Under the pieces are notes generated by a model, which saw only the letters and a list, made by a program, of their open reading frames with translations, had not been told where the DNA came from and did not search any database. Shown here piece after piece: positions 1-8,196 of a stretch of DNA of 32,000 bases (the first letter of the stretch is position 1; each line of letters begins with the position of its first letter). Source of the stretch: Gemmata obscuriglobus (GTDB lineage: Bacteria > Planctomycetota > Planctomycetia > Gemmatales > Gemmataceae); the NCBI RefSeq assembly GCF_008065095.1, contig NZ_CP042911.1, forward strand, positions 8,640,001-8,672,000, read 5' to 3'. Made by a program: the position numbers and the translations under genes.

Positions 1-1264
1 GGGCTCACCCAGCCGCGCCTGCCACTGATCCAGTTCGGTGAGCACTTCTCCAACGCGACCCTGCCAGCACGCGCGCATCCAGGCCACGTATTGGGACCAA
101 CCCGACGCCTCATCGGGGCTCACGGCCGCGGCCGACGAGAACACGTAACACACCGCGTGCAGGAAATCCACGATCGGCTCGAACGCACCAAAGTACCCGC
201 GCCAGATGGTCCAGTTGTACGCCTGACCGTCGGCTACGAACGCCCGACGCGGGGCCTCATAGAAGCGCCGCTCCTGGGCCTCGGCGGCCATCATCGGGCC
301 GAACGCGGTACTCCCCTCCAGGCTCGCCACGCACGTCCGCACCAACCGCGTCGGGGACCACCGCTCGGCCCCTTCGGGTTCCCCGGCCGGCACCGGGGGC
401 GTCGATTCGTCCACGGTTTCCGGGGGCGCGACCTCGCCCGCCGGGCCCTTCATCTGCTGCACCAGGCGCCGCACCCGGCGCGGGCAGCGGAACGACTCGG
501 GCGGCTCGGGGCACGGGTCCGTGGCGAACGTGGGGCCACTCAGGGTGGCCAGGCACGCCACCTTGTCCTCCTTGTTCTGGGCCTCGTGAACACCCGGGCC
601 GGCGCCCGCGGCGCGGGTGCGGATGCGCCCCCCATCGACCTCGACCACCACGGCCACGGGCACCACCGCGGTCCGCGGCTCTAACTGGCGGCGCCGGTGC
701 TCGACCGCCTTCCGATCGCGCCGCGCGATCAACTCGTGCCCGACCTCGTGAGCCAGTCGGCGCACCTGGTTGTCGCTGATCGTGACCCCGGTCATCCGCA
801 CCGCCTCGGCGGCATCCCGGAACGAGGAGAACCGGGCGGCGGCCGTGACGATGCGTTGAACGACCGAGGAACTGTACCCGTGCTCATCCAGCCCGAGGGC
901 CAGCCGCAGGGGGGAAAAAGTCCCGCCGGCAGGCGGGACAATGGGCGATCCGTTCGGCCTGTTGAACCGTGGCCCCTTGGGCCGCCAGGGTGCGGGTGTG
1001 TGGTCGGGTCGGGCACGGCTCGCCACACACCGGACACGGAACCTGTTCGGGCACCTTCCGGGCCTGCTGGTGGAGCATCTGCTGGAGGGCACCTTCGGTG
1101 AGCCCTTGTGCCGCCGCGGTGGCGATCTGCTCCATCGTCCGGAAGTCCACGTCCAATCCCGGCCCGTCGTCCCCGAACGCCCGCTTGGAAACGATTTTGC
1201 CCCACTCCGCCGCCAGTGCTCGAAGGCGGTCGAGTTCCTCGGCCGTGAAACGCGGTGTGCTCAT
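1..1264 (-). pseudogene. ISKra4-like DDE transposase, frameshifted; 3' end lies beyond base 1
   Basis: Minus ORF 884-1264 (MSTPRF...CPVCGEPC...HCPACRRDFFPP) is a Zn-ribbon N-terminus. My own translation of the adjacent minus frame from ~905 to base 1 is open (LRLALGLDEHGYSS...VDGGRIRT...FVADGQAYNW...VDFLHAV...). It parallels the 5118-6188 transposase (RGLGLSGY...IDAGKVNT...VLGDGAEWLW...LDFWHGA). The frame switch falls in the plus-strand G6A5 run 909-919. Family name is from memory of the conserved layout, not a search. Confidence 0.6.
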
Positions 1265-1446
1265 GACTCGCCCCGCACGAGAGTTGCGGCGAAATCGCCC
1301 CGCGCTTTTCCTATCCCGTGCCCCGAGGACCGCAAGGCCTACTGCAAACCGTGGCGTGACCTCCGCAGAAACGCTGAACCGGCTACGCAGTTTGACACGT
1401 CACCCGGCCGTGGTTAGCTTCACCCCCCTCCCACCAAACCGGATTT

Positions 1447-2703
1447 CAGTAGTTTCAAGTTGGCGGCTTGGTTTTGTTGGCCGATCGTGCAGTAGTAATG
1501 GACTTATTTTCGCCATCTGTAGGTGCCAGCCCATCGGCCAACAGTATCAGGCATACCGCCGCCAGTGTCCACCCGAGGCCGCGGGCTGAGCGGGACCACA
1601 ACCAGGCGTTACGCAGGATCAGCCCGACGGCCACCCACAGGAGTCGCACGACCCCATCGGTAGTCGAGGTCCGGGGCCGAACCTGCCCCAACTGGCGGTA
1701 GCTGCTCTCGATCCCGAATCGGGTCCGGTACAGGTCCCGAATCGCCACCGGGCTCCCGCTCACCCGCCACGCCGCGTACAGTAACTTCTTGCTCCGCCGG
1801 CCCCCGGTCCGCCGGTACCGGTAGCTCTTGTGAGCGATCACCACGTGCACCCGCACCGAGGTGCCCCGATCCGCGTGGGTGTACGCATATCGACCCGCGC
1901 CCCGCCGCCGCACGGCCCGCAACCCGACCCCCTTCACCCCGGGCCGGGGCTTGCGGCCCCGGACCACGGCCGGGATCACGAACGGCACACCCCGCGCCTG
2001 GAGCAACCGCATCACCGCGATCGAGAAGAACGCCTTGTCCAGCAGCGCGACCCGGACCGTAACCCGTGCCGCCGTCACCTGATCCAACAGCCGGGTGAGC
2101 ACCGCGGTCATCGGCTCCTTCTCGCCCACGGCCGTCAACCCGAGCGTGTACCGGTCCGGTCCCCCGACGAGGCACGCGGTGGCGTACGTGTGGAACGTGT
2201 GGGTGCCGCCGGCCCCCTTGGACCGGGTGGTGTCCCGGTTCGGCGTCCCGAAGTACCCGATCCGGTGGTAGTCGATCGCGACCCGAGCCGCCCGCTTCCG
2301 CTTGCCGAGCGGGGCGTGGAGGGCCGGCCGCAACCGCCGCTCGAGGGTGCGGCGCCGCTTGGGCAGCGTGAGGTACAAGCAATCCCAGATGGCCTGCCCG
2401 GACGGGGCGTCGGCGATCGCGGCACAGGCCGCGGCCACCGAGCGGGCGAACGCCGCGGCGAACAGCACCACCCGCCACACCACCTCGGGTGTACAGGTGC
2501 GGCGACGCTTGGGCAGTTGGACCGCACGGCCGAGCCAGTCGGTCAGGACCGGACGGAGGTGCCGGGTGGCGTGGGCCGGGGTGGCTCGGATAGACTGACG
2601 TTTGGGTCGCATGGGGGCTCCGACAGTGGAGGCGTGGTAACCACCATTGACCGGTAAACCCATGCGGCCCGCTACTCATAAATCGCCCAACTTGAAACTA
2701 CTG
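1447..2703 (-). mobile_element. Complete IS element (IS4-superfamily, ISH3-like), 1257 bp
   Basis: Perfect 17-bp terminal inverted repeats: CAGTAGTTTCAAGTTGG at 1447-1463 and its reverse complement at 2687-2703. They are flanked by a 5-bp direct repeat GATTT (1442-1446 and 2704-2708). A single transposase ORF fills the element. Confidence 0.8.
1455..2663 (-). CDS. DDE transposase of the 1447-2703 IS (402 aa maximal ORF; alternative ATG at 2612)
   Basis: Lies entirely between the TIRs. Motifs LLDKAFFSIAVMRLLQARGVPFVIP and YRTRFGIESSYRQLGQ resemble IS4/ISH3-type DDE transposases (recalled pattern YR.RWGIE..Y). Confidence 0.7.
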   Translation of the reverse strand: MGLPVNGGYHASTVGAPMRPKRQSIRATPAHATRHLRPVLTDWLGRAVQLPKRRRTCTPEVVWRVVLFAAAFARSVAAACAAIADAPSGQAIWDCLYLTLPKRRRTLERRLRPALHAPLGKRKRAARVAIDYHRIGYFGTPNRDTTRSKGAGGTHTFHTYATACLVGGPDRYTLGLTAVGEKEPMTAVLTRLLDQVTAARVTVRVALLDKAFFSIAVMRLLQARGVPFVIPAVVRGRKPRPGVKGVGLRAVRRRGAGRYAYTHADRGTSVRVHVVIAHKSYRYRRTGGRRSKKLLYAAWRVSGSPVAIRDLYRTRFGIESSYRQLGQVRPRTSTTDGVVRLLWVAVGLILRNAWLWSRSARGLGWTLAAVCLILLADGLAPTDGENKSITTARSANKTKPPT

Positions 2704-2745
2704 GATTTGTTCCGGTTCCGGAGTTCCTCTCTTTGGAGATGCGAC

Positions 2746-3228
2746 GTGGCGAAGCCCGCGAAGAACACGATTTGCCTGTGGTACGACAAAGACGCGGCGG
2801 AGGCGGCCCGGTTCTACGCCGCCACCTTTCCGGACAGTCAAGTGACCGCCGTCCACAAAGCTCCCGGCGACTTCCCGGGCGGCAAGGCGGGCGACGAGCT
2901 GACGGTCGAGTTCACCGTCCTCGGCGTCCCCTGCATCGGCTTGAACGGCGGACCGGTGTTCAAGCACAGCGAGGCGTTCTCCTTCCAGGTGGCCACCGAC
3001 ACCCAGGAGGAGACCGACCGGTACTGGGACGCCATCGTCGGCAATGGCGGGCAGGAGAGCGCGTGCGGGTGGTGCAAGGACAAGTGGGGTCTGTCGTGGC
3101 AGATCACCCCGCGGACGCTGACCGAGGCGCTGGCCAAAGGGGGCGACGAGGCCCGGCGGGCGTTCGCCGCCATGATGACGATGACGAAGATCGATGTCGC
3201 CGCGATCGACGCGGCACGCCGCGGTTGA
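2746..3228 (+). CDS. PhnB/YjdN-like VOC-superfamily protein (3-demethylubiquinone-9 3-methyltransferase-domain fold)
   Basis: VAKPAKNTICLWYDKDAAEAARFY...CGWCKDKWGLSWQITP matches the recalled family pattern (CLWFD..AEEA..FY ... CGWLKDKFGVSWQI). GTG start at 2746 with GGAG 8 nt upstream. The longer ORF from 2647 would begin inside the IS right TIR. Confidence 0.7.
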   Translation: MAKPAKNTICLWYDKDAAEAARFYAATFPDSQVTAVHKAPGDFPGGKAGDELTVEFTVLGVPCIGLNGGPVFKHSEAFSFQVATDTQEETDRYWDAIVGNGGQESACGWCKDKWGLSWQITPRTLTEALAKGGDEARRAFAAMMTMTKIDVAAIDAARRG

Positions 3229-3278
3229 GACGGCGCCGCCGCGAACAATGTCACCAACACAATACAAGGAGCGAGCCG

Positions 3279-3696
3279 ATGAAGTGGAACCCGCACATCG
3301 CCTTCAACAACCAGTGCCGAGAGGCGTTTGAGTTCTACGAGAAGCACCTGGGCGGCAAGATCGTCGCCATGATCGGCTACGGTGATACCCCCGCCAAGGA
3401 TCACATGCCGGCCGACACTGGGGCCAGGATCATTCACGCCCGCCTCGTCCTGGGCGACCAGGTGTTGATGGGCTGCGACGCCCACCCCGCCATGCCGTAT
3501 GACGGGATCAGGGGCTGCGATGTCGCGGTCCAGGTCGAGACGCCCGGAGAGGCGGAACGGCTGTTCGCGGCACTCTCCGAGGGGGGCGGTCCAGATGCCG
3601 CTCGGCGAAACCTTCTGGTCCGTTCGTTTCGGCATGGTCACCGACAAGTTCGGCGTCCCGTGGATGATCAACTGCGAAAAGGCCCCGGGGGCATGA
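3279..3696 (+). pseudogene. PhnB-like VOC family protein interrupted by a frameshift
   Basis: MKWNPHIAFNNQCREAFEFYEKHLGG...AERLFAALSEGG (frame of 3279) continues as VQMPLGETFWSVRFGMVTDKFGVPWMINCEKAPGA only in the frame of ORF 3499-3696. The junction is at the G6 run 3581-3586. AAGGAG lies 8 nt upstream of the ATG. Confidence 0.7.
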
Positions 3697-4029
3697 CTTC
3701 GGGGCTCGATTACAACGCCATGCCACGCCCCGCGCCCGTCCGCCGACGGCCTGGGGCACATTGCCGCGCCATTACCTTCGAATCTTCGGTGCCGAAACAC
3801 CTGCGCCGCCATCGCGCGTCCGATTAAAAATCTTATTTTTTCTATTTTGTTGATTCTTTTAATTTATTGATTGCAATCCGCTCACTCTGTGAGCGGTTGC
3901 TCCGCGGCCCCGGTTCGCTCCTCGTGCGGCCGGTCTGGCTACTGTGCGCAACGCACCTCCGAGCCCCAAAGCGACCGCCACGGAATGAGCGGCGCGGCAC
4001 TCAACGGCCAGAAACGCACGGCCGCCACA

Positions 4030-4054
4030 CCAACTTGAAACGACTGGATTCGGT
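4030..4054. repeat. Solo copy of the right TIR of the 1447-2703 IS family
   Basis: CCAACTTGAAACGACTGGATT at 4030-4050 versus the IS right end plus flank CCAACTTGAAACTACTGGATT (2687-2707) is 20/21 identical. I saw no matching left end or transposase nearby. Confidence 0.6.
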
Positions 4055-4055
4055 G

Positions 4056-4700
4056 TCAGTCCGCAACGAAAGGGTTCGTGCGCTTCTCGTGCCCGATGGT
4101 GGTGACTGGTCCGTGGCCCGGGTACACCACCGCGTCCGCGGGGAGCGGCCACAGCACCCGTTGGATGCCGGCCTTCAGTTGCTCGAAGCTGCCCCCCGGG
4201 AAGTCCGTGCGGCCCACGCCCCCGCGGAACAGCACGTCGCCCCCCAGCACCGTAACCGGTTGCGTCTCGCGGACCACGTACACCACGTGCCCCGGCGAGT
4301 GCCCCGGCACCTCAAACACCTCCAGCGCGATCCCGGCGACGGTCAGCGTTTCGCCCTCCCCCACGACCCGGTCGGCCGGCGGGCTGAGCACCTCGAAGCC
4401 GAACGGGCCGCTCAGGTTCTTGTTCGCGTCCGTCAGCATTGCGGCGTCGCCGGCGCCGATGACGATCGGGGCCTCCGGGTGCGCCTGCTTGAGCGCGGCG
4501 TTGCCGGCGATGTGGTCGCAGTGGCCGTGCGTGCAGACGAGCGCGACCAACTTTAGCCCGCGCTCGGCGAGCGCCTCTTCGATCAGATCGGGCTCGAACC
4601 CCGGGTCGATGACGAACGCCTCGGGGCTGCCGTCCTTCCACACGAGGTACGAGTTCTCGGCGAACGGCTGCGACTCGACGGTAAGAATCTGGACCGCCAT
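4056..4700 (-). CDS. MBL-fold metallo-hydrolase (glyoxalase II-like)
   Basis: MAVQILTVESQPFAENSYLV...THGHCDHIAG (HxHxDH zinc motif)...GHSPGH...TLFRGGVGRTDFPGGS. Start trimmed to ATG 4700 (GGAAGG upstream). The longer ORF to 4814 would run into the ISKra4-like TIR. Confidence 0.8.
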   Translation of the reverse strand: MAVQILTVESQPFAENSYLVWKDGSPEAFVIDPGFEPDLIEEALAERGLKLVALVCTHGHCDHIAGNAALKQAHPEAPIVIGAGDAAMLTDANKNLSGPFGFEVLSPPADRVVGEGETLTVAGIALEVFEVPGHSPGHVVYVVRETQPVTVLGGDVLFRGGVGRTDFPGGSFEQLKAGIQRVLWPLPADAVVYPGHGPVTTIGHEKRTNPFVAD

Positions 4701-4830
4701 CGGGGCCTTCCACAATCGGGGACGGGGCGCGTTGACAGCAATCTTACGCGGGGTGCCCCTCTGGATTTTGGCATTTGTGAACGGTATGGGAGCCGGCTGG
4801 GGAAGCCGTGGCAATCTGGGAGGGATACTG

Positions 4831-5121
4831 ATGCCGACGCTGACTATAGAATACAGTACCGAATCCGAACGGTTGGCCTTGGAACAACTGCTGGGCTATT
4901 TCACGGACCTGAATCGTCTGGCCCAAGAAGCTCCCGACGGCACGGTCCTGGCCGCCTGCGAGAAGCATGCACTCGATCAAGGGCGCAAACTGTTGCGGAC
5001 CACACTCGGTGCCGCCTTGGGTTCACGGATCGAGAAGGACGAGCAAAAAGGGGGCGCGCCCGCACCTGCGCGAAGACGCACCCCGGGCGCTCCAAAGGAC
5101 CGCACACCCGAACGGTTGTGA
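4831..5121 (+). CDS. ISKra4-like transposase, N-terminal ORF
   Basis: MPTLTIEYSTESERLALEQLL... lies inside the TIRs. It ends at TGA 5119-5121 and overlaps the downstream ORF. Homology continues in the -1 frame from about 5055. Confidence 0.5.
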   Translation: MPTLTIEYSTESERLALEQLLGYFTDLNRLAQEAPDGTVLAACEKHALDQGRKLLRTTLGAALGSRIEKDEQKGGAPAPARRRTPGAPKDRTPERL

Positions 5122-6188
5122 CCGCCGTTGGTCCGATTGAGCTGGAGCGGAGGTATTTCCACTGCCCCACTTGCGGGCAAGGCGAGTTCGGAGCCGATCG
5201 CGGGCTGGGCCTCAGCGGCTACGTCACCCCGGGCGCCTGTCGGATGGCCGTCTTGCTGGGCGTCCAACAGTCCTTCGCCAAAGCCGAAGTGACTCTGGCC
5301 GAGGTGGTCGGCTGGGAATTGGACGACAACACCATCCGGCAACTCTGCCACGCCACGGCGGCCCAGGCCACCGCCACCCGGCAACACCGCTCGACCGCTG
5401 AAGTCTTCACCCGAGCCCAAGCCGCGGCCAGGACCGAGCGGCCGGTGGACAGCGAGTTGCACATCGACGCGGGCAAGGTCAACACTGTGGAGGACGGTTG
5501 GCGGGATCTCAAGATGGCCGTTTTTGCCCGGCGCGAGCGAAGTGCGCCGACCACGGCGATGGACTGGGAGGGACGCGACCTGCCAACCCCGTTGGCGCGG
5601 TCGGTGATCGCGGCCGTGGAGGAGGCGAGCCTGTTCGGGAAGCGGTGTCACGACGAGGCCACGCGACTGGAGTGGACCGATTCGAGCCAAATGACGGTAC
5701 TGGGGGATGGGGCCGAGTGGTTGTGGAACGTGTCCGAGCAGCACTTCCGTGACGCGACCCAGGTCCTCGACTTCTGGCATGGGGCGGAGTACCTCGCCAG
5801 CGGGGCGAAGGCGGTGTTCGGTCCCGGGGTCCAAGCCGCGACGGCGTTTGTCCGGGGCAAGTCGAAGCTGCTGGAAGACGGATATCCCGGGTTGGTGGAC
5901 TGGATCGGAGAACTGACCGGGCAGATGCCCGCCGGAGGCGACGGAGCCGCCTTGGGCGGCGTATTGAATTACTTTTGTGGCCAACAGGGGCGGTTGAATT
6001 ATGCGGTGCGTTTGCGGCGGGGGCAGTCGATTGGAAGCGGGTTGGTGGAGGGAACGGTTAAGCAATTGCTCAACATCAGAATGAAACAAACTGGGGCGAG
6101 ATGGAATCTGGGGCATGTGGCACCGTTTGTCGAACTGGGGGCATTAGCAGCGGGGCCGGAGTGGAAGGGGTTTTGGGAAAACCAATAA
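5118..6188 (+). CDS. ISKra4-like transposase, catalytic ORF
   Basis: YFHCPTCGQGEFGADRGLGLSGY..., IDAGKVNTVEDGWRDLKMA, VLGDGAEWLWN...LDFWHGAEYL, GSGLVEGTVKQLLNIRMKQTGARW. Homologous to the frameshifted copy at 1-1264. The frame is open upstream of 5118 back to about 5031. Confidence 0.7.
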   Translation: MTAVGPIELERRYFHCPTCGQGEFGADRGLGLSGYVTPGACRMAVLLGVQQSFAKAEVTLAEVVGWELDDNTIRQLCHATAAQATATRQHRSTAEVFTRAQAAARTERPVDSELHIDAGKVNTVEDGWRDLKMAVFARRERSAPTTAMDWEGRDLPTPLARSVIAAVEEASLFGKRCHDEATRLEWTDSSQMTVLGDGAEWLWNVSEQHFRDATQVLDFWHGAEYLASGAKAVFGPGVQAATAFVRGKSKLLEDGYPGLVDWIGELTGQMPAGGDGAALGGVLNYFCGQQGRLNYAVRLRRGQSIGSGLVEGTVKQLLNIRMKQTGARWNLGHVAPFVELGALAAGPEWKGFWENQ

Positions 6189-6213
6189 CGGGCCAAAATC
6201 CAGAGGGGCACCC

Positions 6214-6708
6214 GTACGAGAGTTTGCCGGCGAGTTTCGGTCTGCGACTCGCGGTGCGTGTCCAAGGCGATGCGGTTGTGCGTGTGCTCGCGGGTGCGGA
6301 CCCGGTAGACGGTTTTCTACATCTTGTGGTGGCGGCGGTTGGCGCGTTCCACCGCGTTAGACGCTGACGGCAACAGTGTCAGCTTCCGATTTGGTGTGAG
6401 CGGGAGGGCGGATGCAAAGCCCGAGAGGTCGGCCCGTTTTCGCACTTCATCCGCAGTCCGAATCTCCTCATCATCAGATCGCAGCCAGCACATCACCTTG
6501 GCCTGAAGCGCGCCGCGAGAAACGACCGTTCGTGGGCTCAGTTTGAAGCCAGGTCTCAGCGTGGGCATTTCGAGGCTCGGCCCGAGCGCCGCGGCAATCG
6601 CGGCAAGGACCATCGTTTTGACGCTTGTGTTTAGGCCGACCAGAAGTGTGAAATCGTGCCCCGGCCGAGCGGGTCCGTAAAGTCCAACTCGAACGGTTTT
6701 CCGCCGGT
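6214..6708 (-). pseudogene. Remnant of a RecF/SMC-like (IENFR-type) ATPase gene, downstream part
   Basis: After removing the IS701-like element and one TSD copy, the reading continues ...HLGTGGKPFELDFTDPLGRG, then stops. One frame over it reads HDFTLLVGLNTSVKTMVLAAIAAALGPS, a degenerate Walker A (GLNTSVKT versus G.NGSGKT). An in-frame TAG lies at 6317-6319. The sequence abuts the ISKra4-like right TIR at 6213. Confidence 0.5.
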
Positions 6709-8196
6709 CTGTACTTTCCGCGAATCAGCCGTGCTCACGCGGCCAAGTCCAAGCACCGGTAGGCGAGGTCGCGGATTTTCGTGTGGTCGTGGTGCTCGCC
6801 CACAACGGCCCGAATCTCCTCGGCCAACAGCTCGTGTTGCCAGGCCCGGCGCTTGTCCGCGTGACTCGGGCGCCGGCTCGGATCGTCCCACGGGGACGCG
6901 GACCGGTGCCCCACCAACTCGTCCGCGTTCCGAGCCCAGGCCCACACCTCGGTCAGGGTGTGCGCCCATGCACACAGGTGGAAGCACCCGACGTTCGACG
7001 GCACCCCGCGCACCTGTTGCTGGCCCGTCCCGGCGACTTGTTTGAGATCCCGGAAGCACGTCTCCAGGGTGAACCGGTCGGCCACCCGTTCCAAGATGTC
7101 GGTCACCGTCGCGCCCGGGTCGGTGCTGAAGAACGCGACCCATCCGTGGGGCTCGTCCACCAGCACCACCCGGATCGCCCCACCGGCCGGGCGCCAGGTG
7201 GCCACGAACGTCTTGTACCGCTTCTCGACGGTCTTCCCATACACGGTGAACGTGCCGGTGCTCCACCCGCCGTTGTGCCCGGCCCGCTTGGCCAACGAGA
7301 TCCGTGCCGTTCCGTACACCCGCGGGCGCTCGCGCAGCCCGGGCTCCCGCGCGGGCGGTAACGAGCACAGGGCCGCATCCCGGCGGAGCCGGCTCACCAC
7401 CGTCACCCCGAGCTTCCGCAGCGGCTTCAGCACCGGCTTCAGCACCGGCCCCTGGGCGTACGCCCCGTCGGCCACCACCCACACCGCCATGCCCCACATC
7501 TTCAGCCATCCGTGCGCCCACCGCACCAGGTCAACGGCCATCGCCAGCTTGGTGGCGAACCGGGGCCGATCGGTCGCCCGCACCGCGCCCAGGTTCGCCT
7601 TCCGGATGTACAACCGGGCCAACAGGGGCAGAGCCACGACCCCACCCAGTGGATGCGCCACCAGCAACCCGAGCACCACCCACACGTGCCCGTACACGAA
7701 TGCGCTCCCGGCCGGCCCGGGTGTCGGGTTGTGATGCACCCCGGCCCCTTGTACCTTCGGTCCGTACCGGGCGGTCGGTGTGTCGTCCAACGCCAGCACC
7801 ACCCGCGGCCCGGTCACCAGGGGCTTGAGGATCTCGACCAACAACCGGGTCGCGATGCGCTCGACCCGGCGCCCGACCGCGGCCGCGGTGGGGTAACAGC
7901 GGCGGTATTGGGACGATAATCCGGCCGCCCGAATCCAGCAACTCAGGGCGTGCCGCCCGCGGGCCAGCAGCACACCCAGGAACAGGGCCGCCAACCGCCG
8001 ACCCGAGCGCCGATCCAGTGCCCCGGCCAGAACCGAAAACCAGTGGCAACGCGGGGACGGAGTATGCGCAGATGGCATGGCCGTGTCCGTTCGGGGTGGC
8101 TGGTCGTGTGGTAACGCCATCCTCCCGGACGGGCCGGCACTCGTCTACTCCGAACCCACCATCACCTCCCGACCTACAAATTCGCGGAAAGTACAG
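6709..8196 (-). mobile_element. IS701-like insertion sequence, 1488 bp, apparently intact
   Basis: 17-bp perfect TIRs: CTGTACTTTCCGCGAAT at 6709-6725 and its reverse complement at 8180-8196. Flanked by the direct repeat GCCGGT (6703-6708 and 8197-8202). Encodes a 461-aa transposase ORF. Confidence 0.8.
6735..8120 (-). CDS. IS701-like DDE transposase (461 aa)
   Basis: VVLALDDTPTARYGPKVQGAGVHHNP, AVWVVADGAYAQ and RFTLETCFRDLKQ are the pattern I recall for IS701/IS4-superfamily transposases. Lies fully inside the TIRs. Confidence 0.75.
   Translation of the reverse strand: MALPHDQPPRTDTAMPSAHTPSPRCHWFSVLAGALDRRSGRRLAALFLGVLLARGRHALSCWIRAAGLSSQYRRCYPTAAAVGRRVERIATRLLVEILKPLVTGPRVVLALDDTPTARYGPKVQGAGVHHNPTPGPAGSAFVYGHVWVVLGLLVAHPLGGVVALPLLARLYIRKANLGAVRATDRPRFATKLAMAVDLVRWAHGWLKMWGMAVWVVADGAYAQGPVLKPVLKPLRKLGVTVVSRLRRDAALCSLPPAREPGLRERPRVYGTARISLAKRAGHNGGWSTGTFTVYGKTVEKRYKTFVATWRPAGGAIRVVLVDEPHGWVAFFSTDPGATVTDILERVADRFTLETCFRDLKQVAGTGQQQVRGVPSNVGCFHLCAWAHTLTEVWAWARNADELVGHRSASPWDDPSRRPSHADKRRAWQHELLAEEIRAVVGEHHDHTKIRDLAYRCLDLAA

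Larger units (their letters stand above)
4751..6213 (+). mobile_element. ISKra4-like insertion sequence, 1463 bp
   Basis: Perfect 22-bp TIRs: GGGTGCCCCTCTGGATTTTGGC at 4751-4772 and its reverse complement at 6192-6213. They enclose two overlapping transposase ORFs. No clear target-site duplication. Confidence 0.8.

Noticed and set aside
2733-3827. 364-aa plus-strand ORF spanning both VOC genes
   Set aside because: It is a chimera. It runs out of frame across gene 2746-3228, in frame for the first half of the 3279 gene, then out of frame again after the G6 frameshift. It is not a single gene.
4701-4814. Longer N-terminus for the MBL hydrolase (ORF start at 4814)
   Set aside because: The extension runs into the ISKra4-like left TIR (4751-4772), so it cannot be native. 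ATG 4700 with an upstream GGAAGG gives a normal-length protein starting MAVQILTV.
6317-6613. 98-aa ORF first read as a transposase C-terminal fragment because of ...SASNAVERANRRHHKM
   Set aside because: Upstream in the same frame it reads HDFTLLVGLNTSVKTMVLAAIAAALG, and it joins the MKLAKIRIENFR start across the IS701 insertion. It is better explained as part of the disrupted ATPase gene. The identity of the C-terminal part remains uncertain.
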